A stretch of 64,000 bases of DNA. Origin: Acidobacteriota bacterium (GTDB taxonomy: Bacteria; Acidobacteriota; Vicinamibacteria; Vicinamibacterales; 2-12-FULL-66-21). A model generated the notes under the pieces. That model was not told where the DNA came from. It was given only the letters and a program-made list of their open reading frames with translations, and did no database searches. The DNA is taken from the NCBI GenBank assembly GCA_031393955.1, contig JANMWI010000015.1, positions 7,320 to 71,319 of the forward strand. Reading direction: 5' to 3'. A program made the translations under genes and the position numbers. Shown here in pieces: positions 1 through 8,488 of the stretch (the stretch's first letter is position 1; every line of letters starts with the position of its first letter).

Positions 1-617
1 AGTACGGCACGTTCGAAGGGGTCATCCCCGAGGGCTACGGCGCCGGGATCGTCATGCTCTGGGACCAGGGGACGTGGCGGCCCGAGGTCGATGATGTGGG
101 CGCGGCCCTCAAGAAGGGGGACCTGAAGTTCTCGCTCGACGGGTTCAAGCTCAAGGGATCCTGGGTGCTGGTCCGCACCGGCGGGTGGGGCGCGAAGTCC
201 GGCAGCGGCGACGGGCGCAGCTGGCTGCTGATCAAGCACCGCGACGACTGGGCGGGCGACGTCGACATCACCGGGTTCGCGCCGCTCAGCGTCAAGAGCC
301 AGGGGGATTTTGAGGATATCCTGGCCGCCGATCACCCGGACGTCTGGGAGTCGCATCGTCCCGCCAAGGGGGGCGAGGCGGGGGCGATGCTGGCGGCGAT
401 CATCGAGAAGGTGGCGACGCTGAAGGCGGGGACAGCCGGGGCGTCGACATCAAAGAAGTCCAAACCAGCGGCGTCCACACCAAAGGGGGCGAAACCAAAG
501 GCGTCGAAAGCGAAGGTGTCGAAGCCGAAGGCGTCGAAGCCGAAGGCGTCCAGACCGAAGGCGGCAACCACGAAGCGGGCGCCGCGAGCCGGCGCGCGGC
601 GGGCAGGCAAATCATGA
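1..617 (+). CDS. LigD-type 3'-phosphoesterase (PE) domain protein, 5'-truncated by the window edge, with a Lys/Ala/Pro-rich C-terminal tail
   Basis: Frame 3 reads YGTFEGVIPEGYGAGIVMLWDQGTW...GDLKFSLDGFKLKGSWVLVR, the conserved core of the DNA ligase D phosphoesterase domain. It ends in KPKASKAKVSKPKASKPKASRPKAATTKR, with the stop at 615-617. Confidence 0.8.
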   Translation, partial: YGTFEGVIPEGYGAGIVMLWDQGTWRPEVDDVGAALKKGDLKFSLDGFKLKGSWVLVRTGGWGAKSGSGDGRSWLLIKHRDDWAGDVDITGFAPLSVKSQGDFEDILAADHPDVWESHRPAKGGEAGAMLAAIIEKVATLKAGTAGASTSKKSKPAASTPKGAKPKASKAKVSKPKASKPKASRPKAATTKRAPRAGARRAGKS

Positions 618-1174
618 CCAAGAGCGACTTCATTCTGTTCAGCGGCGGGGCGCCTGGGGCGGAGGCGGAATTCGGCGCCTGTGCCGAGCGTCACGGCATC
701 GAGGAAGTCAACTTCACGTTCGACGGCCACGTCGAGGCGCGGCGGCGCGGCGTTCGCGTCCTCAACCACGAGGAGCTGCAGGCGGGCGACGTCAGCCTGG
801 AGTACGTGTCGCGGCTGATGAACCGGCGCTACACCGACAGTCCACTGATCCGGAAGGTGCTGCAGACGCTGTGGTATCAGGTCAACCACGGCCAGGAGAT
901 TTATGTCCTCGGGGTAATCCAGGACGACCGCACCGTCAGGGGCGGGACCGGGTGGGGCGCCGAGTTCGCCAAGCTGTGCAACAAGCCACTGTTCGTCTTC
1001 GATCAGGAGAAGGACGGCTGGTTCGGCTGGACCGGCGGCGAGTGGAAGAGCCTCGGCGCGGAGGCGGCCCCGACCATCTCGCATCCGCACTTCACGGGAA
1101 CCGGCACCCGCCGGATCCACGACAACGGCAAGCGCGCGATCGAGGATCTCTTCACGCGATCCTTCGAGCGCTGA
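614..1174 (+). CDS. Hypothetical protein, possible SLOG (Smf/DprA-LOG-like) Rossmann-fold nucleotide-binding protein
   Basis: The ATG overlaps the upstream stop (ATGA at 614-617). Two Gly-rich loops, SGGAPGAEAEFG and RGGTGWGAEFAKLCNKPLFVF, resemble the two signature loops of DprA/LOG-type folds. Assignment is by eye only. Confidence 0.45.
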   Translation: MTKSDFILFSGGAPGAEAEFGACAERHGIEEVNFTFDGHVEARRRGVRVLNHEELQAGDVSLEYVSRLMNRRYTDSPLIRKVLQTLWYQVNHGQEIYVLGVIQDDRTVRGGTGWGAEFAKLCNKPLFVFDQEKDGWFGWTGGEWKSLGAEAAPTISHPHFTGTGTRRIHDNGKRAIEDLFTRSFER

Positions 1175-1277
1175 CCGCCACGGTCAAGCGGCCGCCGCGG
1201 CTGATCGCGACCATTCCTCGGACTTGCCCTGTCGTTTCAACGAGTTACGCTAAAGGTGAGTGTCCCCAATCTGGGGG

Positions 1278-3254
1278 CTAGGCGCGTTCGTCGAGCTCGA
1301 CCCAACGCGCCAGGGCGGCTTCCAGTTCGGCCGGAAGCGCGTCGATCCGCGCCAGGACGTCGCGGATGGCGTCCGGCGGCTGGCGATAGAAGGTCGGACC
1401 GGCGGCCTCGGCGAGGAGGCGGCTCTGCTCGGCCTCGAGCGCCGCGATCCGCGCCGGCAGCCGCTCGAGCTCGCGCTTCTCCTGGAACGACAGCTTCTTC
1501 TTCGACGTCGCGACCGGCTTCGACGCGACCTGTGCCGCGACCGCCTTCGACGCCGAGACCGCCCCCCGGCCGGCGCCTGCTGGCGTAGCGGTGCGCGGCG
1601 CAGCCGCCGCGGCGCCCGCCCGTGGTAACGCTTCTGCCGCCGGCGCCTGACGATCGGCCGCCGACTGGCGGAGATAGTCGTCATAGCCGCCGACGTACTC
1701 GGTCACCCCGCCCTTGCCGTCGAACGCCAGCGTGCTGGTGACGACATTGTCGAGGAAGGTCCGGTCGTGGCTGACGAGCAGCACGGTCCCCTCGAAGCCG
1801 CCGACCAGTTCCTCGAGCAGCTCCAGCGTCTCGATGTCGAGGTCGTTGGTCGGCTCGTCGAGGACCAGCACGTTGGCGGGGCTGGCAAACAGCCTCGCCA
1901 GCAGGAGCCGGTTCCGCTCGCCGCCCGACAGCAGCTTGACCGGCGACTGCGCGCGCTCGCGCGGAAACAGGAAGTCGGCCAGATAGCCAATGACGTGCCG
2001 GGACTCGCCGTTGACGGTGACCGTGTCGTTGCCGTTGTTGACGGTGTCGGCGACGGTCCGCTCGGGATCGAGCTGCTCGCGCTGCTGATCGTAATAAGCG
2101 ACCTGCAGCCGGGCGCCGTGGCGCACCTCGCCGGCGTCCGGCGTCAGCTCGCCGACCAGCATCCGCAGCAGCGTCGTCTTGCCGGAGCCGTTCGGGCCGA
2201 TCAGGCCGACCCGATCGCCGCGCAGAATCCGCTGCGAGTAATCCCGAATCACGACCGCGCCGCCGAGCGACTTGCGCACGTGGTCGGCGTGGAACACCAG
2301 CCGTCCCGATGCGTCGGTCCCGTCCAGGCTCATCCGCACGTTGCCGGACTGGGCGCGATAATCGGCCCGCTGCTGGCGCAGCGCCATCAGGTCCTTCACC
2401 CGTCCCTCGTTCCGCGTGCGGCGGGCCTTGACCCCCTGGCGCAGCCAGGCTTCTTCCTTCTCCAGCTTCTTGTCGAGCCGGGTCAGCTCGGCGGCTTCGG
2501 CATTGAGCGCGTCGGCCTTCTTCTCCAGATACTGCGGATAACTGCCCGGCCAGGACGTCAGCCGGCCGCGGTCGAGCTCGACGATGCGGGTGGCGAGCGA
2601 GGACAGGAAGGCGCGGTCATGGGTCACGAACAGCAGTGCCCCGCCGAAGGTGCGGAGGTACTCTTCGAGCCAGCGGATCGCGTCGATGTCGAGATGGTTG
2701 GTCGGCTCGTCGAGCAGCAGCAGGTCGGGATCGGACACCAGCGCCTTGCCGAGCAGGGCGCGGCGTCGCCAGCCGCCGGACAGCTCCCCCATCGGCCGGT
2801 CGGCTGGCAGCGCCAGCCGCGACACGACGGTCTCGACCTTCTGCTCGATGCGCCAGCCGTCACGCTCTTCCAGCTCGTGCTGCGCTTCACCCAGCCGCTC
2901 GAGCGCCGCCGCATCGTCGGCATTCTCGGCGACCTTCACGGCGGCGTGGTGGTAGCGCGCCACGACGTCCCCGAGATCGCCCAGGCCGCTCGCGACCTCT
3001 TCGAAGACGGTACGCCCCGCCGAGCCGGGGACTTCCTGCTCGAGCCGGGCGATGCGCACGCCGGGGCTGCGCCACACGGTGCCGCGGTCGGGCGGAATCT
3101 CGCCGGAAATGATCTTGAGCAGGCTCGACTTGCCGGTGCCGTTCCGGCCGATCAGCGCAATCCGCTCGCCGGGCTCGATCCGGAGATCGGCCGAGGCGAG
3201 CAGCGGCAAGTGGCCGAAGGCGAGGGCAATCGCATCGAGAGTAACGATCGGCAC
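1278..3254 (-). CDS. uup: ABC-F family ATPase (Uup-like), two ABC cassettes plus a C-terminal coiled-coil domain
   Basis: Two Walker A motifs (GRNGTGKSS, GPNGSGKTT) and two LSGG signatures, with no membrane domain. The Ala/Lys-rich linker and coiled-coil C-terminus are typical of Uup. Confidence 0.85.
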   Translation of the reverse strand: MPIVTLDAIALAFGHLPLLASADLRIEPGERIALIGRNGTGKSSLLKIISGEIPPDRGTVWRSPGVRIARLEQEVPGSAGRTVFEEVASGLGDLGDVVARYHHAAVKVAENADDAAALERLGEAQHELEERDGWRIEQKVETVVSRLALPADRPMGELSGGWRRRALLGKALVSDPDLLLLDEPTNHLDIDAIRWLEEYLRTFGGALLFVTHDRAFLSSLATRIVELDRGRLTSWPGSYPQYLEKKADALNAEAAELTRLDKKLEKEEAWLRQGVKARRTRNEGRVKDLMALRQQRADYRAQSGNVRMSLDGTDASGRLVFHADHVRKSLGGAVVIRDYSQRILRGDRVGLIGPNGSGKTTLLRMLVGELTPDAGEVRHGARLQVAYYDQQREQLDPERTVADTVNNGNDTVTVNGESRHVIGYLADFLFPRERAQSPVKLLSGGERNRLLLARLFASPANVLVLDEPTNDLDIETLELLEELVGGFEGTVLLVSHDRTFLDNVVTSTLAFDGKGGVTEYVGGYDDYLRQSAADRQAPAAEALPRAGAAAAAPRTATPAGAGRGAVSASKAVAAQVASKPVATSKKKLSFQEKRELERLPARIAALEAEQSRLLAEAAGPTFYRQPPDAIRDVLARIDALPAELEAALARWVELDERA

Positions 3255-3257
3255 GGC

Positions 3258-4217
3258 TTACAGCAGCCTCTTGGCGAGCACCGCCCAGACCGCCTGGGCC
3301 AGCCGGCGGCGGTCGTGGCGGGCAATCTCCCCCAGCCAGAACTCGCCGGCCACCACCTCGCAGGAGTCCGGCACGTCGCCGAGCGCCAGCGGCCGCTTGT
3401 GCTCGGCGAGGTAGCGCGCGCGCGTCTCCTCACCGGGCATCGCGGTGTTGACGACGATCACGTCGATCCGGCGGCCGATCGCGGTCTCGATCTGGCGGAG
3501 CGCATCGCCGGCGGTGAAGTCCCACATCCCCTCGGTCAGGAGGTTGGTGACGAAGATCACCGGCCCGTCCATGCCCTGGATGGCTTCGCGCGCGCCGCGG
3601 ACCAGGAAGATCGGCAGCAGGCTGGTGTAGAAGCTGCCCGGACCGATGATTGCGGCATCGAACCGCGGAATCTCCGCCGCCGCGGCGGCATGCAAAGTGA
3701 CCTCCGGCTCGAGCCAGAGCCGCACGATCGGGTTGCCGTCGACCTGCCCGGCGTCGACTTCGGCTTCGCCGCTGGTGTGGCTGCCGTCGGCGTATTCGGC
3801 ACAGATCCGCGCCGGCTCGATCGTCACCGGCCAGACCCGGCCGGCGCACTCGAGCAGCGCCCGCAGCCCGTCGACCGCCGCCAGGAAGTCGCCGCTGTAC
3901 TGCTCCATCATCGACAGCAGCAGGTTGCCGCCGGTATGGCCGCGCAGCCGCGCATGCTCGAGCATCGGCAGCCGCGCCAGCAGCACCCGCCGCGCTTCCT
4001 TCTCGTTGCGAGCGAGCGCCAGGGCGCACTTCAGGACGTCGCCGGGCGGCAGGACCCCGAGCTCGTCGCGCAGCTGCCCCGAGCTGCCGCCGCTGTCGAA
4101 CATCGTGACGACGGCATTGAGCGTCAACCACGGGTTGGCCTTGAGCCCGCCCAGCAGGCTCGGCAGACCGGTTCCGCCGCCGAAACATCCGACGTTCAAC
4201 TGTCGCAGCTGCATCAA
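3258..4217 (-). CDS. YvcK/CofD family protein (UPF0052, gluconeogenesis factor / 2-phospho-L-lactate transferase-like)
   Basis: The N-terminal CFGGGTGLPSLLGGLK motif and overall length match the YvcK/CofD family. Its stop lies 3 nt upstream of the uup start, so they probably share an operon. Confidence 0.75.
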   Translation of the reverse strand: MMQLRQLNVGCFGGGTGLPSLLGGLKANPWLTLNAVVTMFDSGGSSGQLRDELGVLPPGDVLKCALALARNEKEARRVLLARLPMLEHARLRGHTGGNLLLSMMEQYSGDFLAAVDGLRALLECAGRVWPVTIEPARICAEYADGSHTSGEAEVDAGQVDGNPIVRLWLEPEVTLHAAAAAEIPRFDAAIIGPGSFYTSLLPIFLVRGAREAIQGMDGPVIFVTNLLTEGMWDFTAGDALRQIETAIGRRIDVIVVNTAMPGEETRARYLAEHKRPLALGDVPDSCEVVAGEFWLGEIARHDRRRLAQAVWAVLAKRLL

Positions 4218-4261
4218 TCCACCATTATCCCACGCCGTCCGTCCGCCGTTCTTCGCAGATA

Positions 4262-4990
4262 ATGGTCGTCATGGATGCTGCTTCGCTCTCCGCCGACGAA
4301 CACCGCGCGCTCCGCGGGCTGGCCGACGACCTCGCGCGGGTGTTCGGCGCCGGGCTCCACCTGGTGGCCGCCTATGGGCTGCACCATCCGGCGCCGCCGC
4401 CGCGGCGCGTGCATGCGATTGCGCTGGTCGAGCGGCTGGCGTTCGACGATCTGACCCGCTGCGCTCCACTCGTGACAGCGTGGCGGCGGGCCTCGCTCGC
4501 CGTGCCGCTGATCCTGGAACGGGATGAATTCCTGCGCACGCTCGACGTCTTTCCGCTGGAGTACGGCGACATCATCGCCCACCACGTCCTCATCGCCGGC
4601 GACGATGTCCTCAGCACCGCCCGGGTCGCGCCTGAAGACGTCCGCCGCGCCTGCGAGCTGGCGGCGAAGAGCCATCTGATCCACCTGCGCGAAGGGTTCC
4701 TGGAAGCCGGCGGCGATGCCCAGGCGAACGCGCAGTTGATCGCGGCTTCGGCCGCGCCGTTCCGCGCGCTGCTCGGCAGTATCGTCCGGCTGGCGGCGGG
4801 CCCCGATGCGGATGTCGCGCAGACCGCCGAGCAGCAGATCGGCATCCCGGCGGCCGTGGTCCGGGACGTGCTGTCGACCGGCAGCGGCCCGAGCAGCAGC
4901 ATCGCCGAACCAAGCGCGCTCCTCGGACGTTACGTCGACGCCGCCGAACGGCTGTGGACGTTCGTGGACACGTGGCAGGCGCGCGCATGA
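4262..4990 (+). CDS. Hypothetical protein (242 aa), possibly a degenerate nucleotidyltransferase-like fold
   Basis: Long ORF with coding-like composition. Its stop overlaps the start of the TPM gene (ATGA at 4987-4990). No firm motif was recognised. Confidence 0.5.
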   Translation: MVVMDAASLSADEHRALRGLADDLARVFGAGLHLVAAYGLHHPAPPPRRVHAIALVERLAFDDLTRCAPLVTAWRRASLAVPLILERDEFLRTLDVFPLEYGDIIAHHVLIAGDDVLSTARVAPEDVRRACELAAKSHLIHLREGFLEAGGDAQANAQLIAASAAPFRALLGSIVRLAAGPDADVAQTAEQQIGIPAAVVRDVLSTGSGPSSSIAEPSALLGRYVDAAERLWTFVDTWQARA

Positions 4991-5793
4991 GTATGCGGCT
5001 CGCATTCGCGATCGGCCTGCTGCAGGTGGCGCTGCTGCCAGGCGCGGCGCTGGCACAGCCGGCGCCGCCGGCGCTCGCGGCGCCGGTCAACGACTACGCC
5101 CATGTGATCGACGCCGCCAGTGCGGCCGCCATCGAACAGCGCGTCCGCGCCCTCCAGGCGGCAACCGGCGACGTTGTCGTCGTCGCAACCGTGCCGACGT
5201 TTCAGCCGTACGGCGATATCCGTGAATACGCCGGCCGGATGTTCCTCAACGGCGGACGCGGCGTCGGCGAGAAGGGCAAGGACAACGGCCTGCTGATTGT
5301 CGTCGCGGTCGAGGATCACCGCGTCGATGTCGAAGTCGGCTACGCGCTCGAGGAGTTCGTCACCGACGGCTTCGCCGGGGAGACGATTCGGACCGACATG
5401 ACGCCCGAGTTCCGGAGCGGCAACTACGGGGCGGGCCTGCTCGCCGGGACGACCCGGATCATCAACCGGATTGCCGAGCGGCGCGGGGTGACGCTGCAGG
5501 ATGTGCCGCGGGATCCGCCGCCGGCGCGCCGCGGCGCCCCCGGCCTGCCGCTCGGGATGATCCTGTTCTGGATTGTCATGGCGATACTGTTCAGCCGCCG
5601 CGGCCGGCGGCGGCGGCGGTTCTGGGGCGGCGGACCGTGGAGCGGCTGGAACAGCGGCATCGGGCCATTCGGCGGCGGCGGCGGGTTCGGCGGCGGGTTC
5701 GGCGGCTTCGGCGGCGGCGGTGGTGGTGGCGGCGGGTTCGGCGGGTTCGGCGGCGGCCGCAGCGGCGGCGGCGGCGCGTCGGGAGGCTGGTAG
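4987..5793 (+). CDS. TPM-domain (YgcG-like) protein with signal peptide, C-terminal TM helix and Gly/Phe-rich tail
   Basis: Contains VNDYAHVIDAASAAAIEQRVRALQ...LLIVVAVEDHRVDVEVGYALE, typical of the TPM phosphatase domain. A TM segment (LPLGMILFWIVMAILF) is followed by a GGGGFGGGFGGFGGGG tail. I chose the start at MSMRLAF, which overlaps the upstream stop. Confidence 0.75.
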   Translation: MSMRLAFAIGLLQVALLPGAALAQPAPPALAAPVNDYAHVIDAASAAAIEQRVRALQAATGDVVVVATVPTFQPYGDIREYAGRMFLNGGRGVGEKGKDNGLLIVVAVEDHRVDVEVGYALEEFVTDGFAGETIRTDMTPEFRSGNYGAGLLAGTTRIINRIAERRGVTLQDVPRDPPPARRGAPGLPLGMILFWIVMAILFSRRGRRRRRFWGGGPWSGWNSGIGPFGGGGGFGGGFGGFGGGGGGGGGFGGFGGGRSGGGGASGGW

Positions 5794-5901
5794 TACACTG
5801 GCGGAAGCGGCCGCTGCCCGGCCGGAGTGCGGGCTGGTTACCGCGCCGGCGAGAACGAACCGCCGGGCGCGCGGGCCGCGAAAGGACAAGGCGAGAGGCT
5901 G

Positions 5902-6459
5902 ATGAGACGACTTCGACTGTTACATGTGGCGGTGCTGGCCGTGGCGGCGTTTGCCGTATCCGGCTGCTCATACAACAAATTCGCCACCCAGGAAGAGGGC
6001 ATCAAGGGGCAGTGGGCGCAGGTGCAGAATCAGCTGCAACGGCGGAATGACCTGATCCCGAATCTGGTCGAGACGGTTAAGGGCTACGCAGCGCACGAAG
6101 CGGGGGTGTTCAAAGACATCGCCGACGCGCGCTCGCGGCTGCTCGGGGCGAAGAGCCCCGAAGAAACCATCCAGGCCGCCAACCAGCAGACGTCGGCGCT
6201 CGGCCGGCTGCTGGCCGTCGTCGAAAGCTATCCGCAGCTCAAGGCCGACGCGCAGTTCCTGCGCCTTCAGGACGAGCTCGCCGGCACCGAGAACCGGCTC
6301 GCGACCGAGCGGATGCGCTACAACGAGTTGGTGCGCGACTACAACGCGCAGCGGGCGCGCTTCCCGTCGAACCTGACCGCCAAGATGTTCAAGTTCAAGG
6401 AATATCCGTACTGGGAAGTGCCGGCCGAGGCGCGGCAGGTGCCCAAGGTTTCCTTCTGA
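5902..6459 (+). CDS. lemA: LemA family protein
   Basis: MRRLRLL...SGCSYNKF...QWAQVQNQLQRRNDLIPNLVETVKGYAAHE is the characteristic LemA N-terminal block. An AAAGGA..GAGAGG purine-rich stretch lies upstream of the ATG at 5902. Confidence 0.85.
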   Translation: MRRLRLLHVAVLAVAAFAVSGCSYNKFATQEEGIKGQWAQVQNQLQRRNDLIPNLVETVKGYAAHEAGVFKDIADARSRLLGAKSPEETIQAANQQTSALGRLLAVVESYPQLKADAQFLRLQDELAGTENRLATERMRYNELVRDYNAQRARFPSNLTAKMFKFKEYPYWEVPAEARQVPKVSF

Positions 6460-6470
6460 TCCGGAGGGAC

Positions 6471-6974
6471 ATGGCGATCACCGACGGGCTGCTGCCTGAA
6501 TACGATCATGAAATGGCCACCACCCGGCGCCTGCTGGCGCGGGTGCCGGAGGCTGAGTTGGGCTGGAAACCGCACGACCGCTCGATGGGGCTCGGCCAGC
6601 TGGCCGCGCACCTCGCGCAGATTCCAGGCTGGTGCCCGCTCGTGCTAGGACAGGCGGGCTTCGACATCGAGGACGCGGCGCCCGAGCGGATGTCGGCCGC
6701 CGCGGCCGGGCCGGTCGCCGACATCCTGGCGCATTTCGACGCCGCGGTCGCGAGCGGCCGGACGGCGCTTGCCGGGGCGTCGGATCCCGAGATGCTGGCG
6801 CCGTGGACGCTGCGGCGCGGCGCGCACGAGATCTTCACGCTGCCGCGCGTCTCGACCGTCCGCACCCTGGTGCTGAATCACCTGATTCATCACCGCGGGC
6901 AGCTGAGCGTCTACCTGCGGCTGAAAGACGTGCCGTTGCCGTCGATCTACGGCCCGACCGCCGACGAAGCGTAG
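6471..6974 (+). CDS. DinB family (DinB_2-like) metal-dependent four-helix-bundle protein
   Basis: Carries the C-terminal NHLIHHRGQLSVYLR motif and an N-terminal HLAQIP His. A GGAGGG RBS lies 5 nt upstream of the ATG. Confidence 0.7.
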   Translation: MAITDGLLPEYDHEMATTRRLLARVPEAELGWKPHDRSMGLGQLAAHLAQIPGWCPLVLGQAGFDIEDAAPERMSAAAAGPVADILAHFDAAVASGRTALAGASDPEMLAPWTLRRGAHEIFTLPRVSTVRTLVLNHLIHHRGQLSVYLRLKDVPLPSIYGPTADEA

Positions 6975-6979
6975 CGGCC

Positions 6980-8488
6980 GTGACGGACGGTGCCGAGCCG
7001 GCCGCCGCCGGGAAGTCCGCTCCGCTCTGGCCGATCGCGGCCGTGGCGCTGCCGTTCGTGCTGCTCGCGACGCTGAACTCGGGCGGCTACCGCTACGGCG
7101 CCGCGGACCTGGCCTTTTACATCCCCGCCGCACTGGTCCGGCTCAACCCGCTGATGTTCCCGCGCGACGCGGCGCTGATCGCCTCGCAGGCGCGGCTGAC
7201 GATGATCGACGAGACGCTGGCGTCGACGGCGCGGCTCTCAGGCGCATCGCTCCCCTCGCTGCTGGCGTGGCTCTATGCCGGCACCCTGGTGCTGCTCGCG
7301 GCAGCGATCTGGCTGATCGCGGCGCGGCTCTACCGCACCGCCGCAGCGGTCGCCGCCGCCACCGCCGCGATGACCCTCCGCCACGCGATCTCGCGGTCAG
7401 GCACCAACACCCTCGAGAGCTACTTCCATCCGCGGCAGGTCGCCTTCGCGATCGGCGCGCTGGCGATCGCGGCGCTGCTCCGCGGACGACGCGGGCTCGC
7501 CGTCGTGCTGATCGTCGCCGCCGGGCTGCTGCACCCGACGACCGCACTGTGGCTCGCGGTCTGGACCGCGGTGGCGGTGGCGGTCGAGGACCGGCGCACC
7601 CGCCTGCCGCTCGCCGTCGCGGCCGCGGCCGCGACGCTGGCGGCGGCCTGGGCGGCGCTCGCCGGGCCGCTGGCGGGCCGGCTGGTGATCATGGATCCGG
7701 CGTGGCTGGCGACGCTCGCCACCAAGGACTACCTGTTTCCGCTGGAGTGGCCGCCGGACGTCTGGCTCGTCAATCTCGCCTACGCACCGCTCATCGTCTG
7801 GATCTACCGCCGCCGCCGCGCCGCCGGCGTGGTCGTGGCGCACGAGACCGGGCTGGTCGCGGGCTGCTTGGCGCTGCTGGCGATCTTCCTGCTGTCGCTG
7901 CCGTTCAACGCGGCACGGGTCGCCCTGGCGGTGCAGCTGCAGGTCCCGCGAGTGTTCTGGTGCCTCGATCTGATGGCGACGCTGTACGCCGTCTGGGCCG
8001 TCGCGGAAGGGGCGCGGCCGTCGGCGCGGCGCGGCTGGGTGGCCGCCGCCGTCATCGCCGCCGCGTCGCTGGCGCGCGGCAGTTACGTCATGTTCGTGAA
8101 GTTTCCCGAGCGCCCGCTCGCAGAGCTGCGCATCCCCGACGGTGACTGGGGGCGGGTGATGGCCTGGGCGCGGACGACCCCGGTCGGATCCGGGTGGGTC
8201 GCCGATCCGATGCACGCGGTTCGCTACGGCACCAGCCTGCGCGTCGCCGGTGAGCGCGACGTCTTCGTCGAGGCGGTCAAGGACACGGCGATTGGCATGT
8301 ACGCGCGCGACACCGCCATCCGGACCCGCGACCATCTCGCCGCGCTCCACAATTTCGAGCAGCTGACGGAGGATCGGGCCCGCGCTCTGGGCGCCCGCGA
8401 AGGGCTGGACTTTCTGGTCACCGAGCAGCGCCTCGACCTGCCGGTCGCGTTCCGGAGCGGCCCGCTGGCGGTCTATCGCCTGCGATGA
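6980..8488 (+). CDS. Polytopic integral membrane protein of unknown function
   Basis: At least 9 hydrophobic segments rich in Ala/Leu/Val, then a soluble tail of about 120 aa. The GTG start at 6980 was chosen because it follows the dinB-like stop (6972-6974). No RBS was seen, so the start is uncertain. Confidence 0.55.
   Translation: MTDGAEPAAAGKSAPLWPIAAVALPFVLLATLNSGGYRYGAADLAFYIPAALVRLNPLMFPRDAALIASQARLTMIDETLASTARLSGASLPSLLAWLYAGTLVLLAAAIWLIAARLYRTAAAVAAATAAMTLRHAISRSGTNTLESYFHPRQVAFAIGALAIAALLRGRRGLAVVLIVAAGLLHPTTALWLAVWTAVAVAVEDRRTRLPLAVAAAAATLAAAWAALAGPLAGRLVIMDPAWLATLATKDYLFPLEWPPDVWLVNLAYAPLIVWIYRRRRAAGVVVAHETGLVAGCLALLAIFLLSLPFNAARVALAVQLQVPRVFWCLDLMATLYAVWAVAEGARPSARRGWVAAAVIAAASLARGSYVMFVKFPERPLAELRIPDGDWGRVMAWARTTPVGSGWVADPMHAVRYGTSLRVAGERDVFVEAVKDTAIGMYARDTAIRTRDHLAALHNFEQLTEDRARALGAREGLDFLVTEQRLDLPVAFRSGPLAVYRLR

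Noticed and set aside
1767-4262. An 831-aa ORF on the plus strand spanning the uup and yvcK-like loci.
   Set aside because: It is a shadow ORF antisense to two genes with clear family motifs. Its translation is Arg/Ala/Gly/Pro-rich low complexity with no motif. This is typical of a high-GC genome in which stop codons are rare in every frame.
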